Shown: in pieces, positions 63,442 to 64,000 of the stretch | Layout: every line of letters begins with the position of its first letter | How positions within the stretch are numbered: the stretch's first letter is position 1 | DNA from: a virus | Lineage: Duplodnaviria > Caudoviricetes | IMG/VR virus record: IMGVR_UViG_3300030117_001894 | Location: 1,915 to 65,914 of that record | Strand: one strand, 5' to 3' | DNA length: 64,000 nucleotides | Notes under the pieces: model-generated | The model's input: the letters and a program-made list of their open reading frames with translations, nothing else | Databases searched by the model: none | What the model was told of the DNA's origin: nothing | Program-made: the position numbers and the translations under genes

Positions 63442-64000
63442 ATGCAATACAAGTTTAAAACCAAGCCTTATGAGCATCAGCTTGAGGCGTTAAAAAGATC
63501 ATGGAATAAGAGAGAATACGCTTATTTTATGGAAATGGGTACAGGTAAATCTAAAGTACTTATAGATAATATCGCACTTCTATATGATAAAGGTGGGATA
63601 AACGCGGCTATCATCGTAGCACCCAAAGGGGTCTATCGGAACTGGTCTGAAAAAGAAATACCTGCTCATATGCCTGACCACGTAGAACGAGACGTAGCAG
63701 TATGGAACCCTGCACCTACGGTAAAACAAAAAACAGAACTAATGAAGTTGTTCGAAGTGTCGCCTGAACTTAAAATATTGGTTGTTAATGTAGAAGCTTT
63801 TAGTACGAAGAAAGGTGTAGCTTTTGTTGAAAGGTTTATATTAGCTCACAACACACTGATCGCGGTCGATGAATCTACGACTATTAAGAATCCTAAAGCA
63901 CAAAGAACTAAGAACTTATTAAAGTTAGCTCTTAATACAAAGTATCGTAGAATCCTTACAGGTTTTCCCGTAACGCAATCACCGTTAGATTTATATAGTC
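63442..64000 (+). CDS. SNF2-family helicase (partial, runs off window end)
   Basis: MQYKFKTKPYEHQ...FMEMGTGKS...VDEST...LTGFP. Confidence 0.9.
   Translation, partial: MQYKFKTKPYEHQLEALKRSWNKREYAYFMEMGTGKSKVLIDNIALLYDKGGINAAIIVAPKGVYRNWSEKEIPAHMPDHVERDVAVWNPAPTVKQKTELMKLFEVSPELKILVVNVEAFSTKKGVAFVERFILAHNTLIAVDESTTIKNPKAQRTKNLLKLALNTKYRRILTGFPVTQSPLDLYS

Noticed and set aside
1-64000. Prophage boundaries, integrase or alternative genetic code
   Set aside because: No host genes, att sites or recombinase seen; genes are intact in code 11 and use all three stop codons

Overview
This window is a contiguous ~64 kb part of a tailed dsDNA phage genome (podovirus-like, AT-rich). Its gene content resembles uncultured marine proteobacterial phages, and the spanin pair indicates a Gram-negative host. 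Almost all genes lie on the minus strand. 1-36.8 kb is the late region: internal/ejection proteins, a three-gene secreted/membrane module, an SNase-like nuclease, lysozyme, nozzle, LamG/SPRY-type tail fibres, a glycosyltransferase-like enzyme, adaptors, Mu-gpT-like major capsid, scaffold, GroES, portal, TerL, an ART-like protein and spanins. 36.8-39.2 kb is a repeat-rich control/terminus region with G-quadruplex motifs, microsatellites and TerS. 39.2-52 kb holds short early genes driven by about 12 copies of one promoter, plus a ~430 nt structured non-coding block. 52-63.2 kb encodes replication and DNA modification: PolA, a dUMP-hydroxymethylase-like TS, a 5-hmdU DNA kinase-like protein, a SAM methyltransferase, an SF1 helicase, an AlkB-like dioxygenase, primase and SSB. 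A divergent SNF2 helicase starts at 63442. Best leads: (1) a thymidine-hypermodification operon with a SAM methyltransferase next to the hmU kinase; (2) a promoter-driven array of paralogous, partly tRNA-like RNAs at 46.7-47.1 kb; (3) ~230 bp diverged inverted repeats bracketing the 24 kb early/replication block; (4) RBS/start-codon direct repeats flanking early gene cassettes; (5) three monocistronic paralogous DNA-binding-like proteins. All calls come from motif recognition by eye; no database searches were run.
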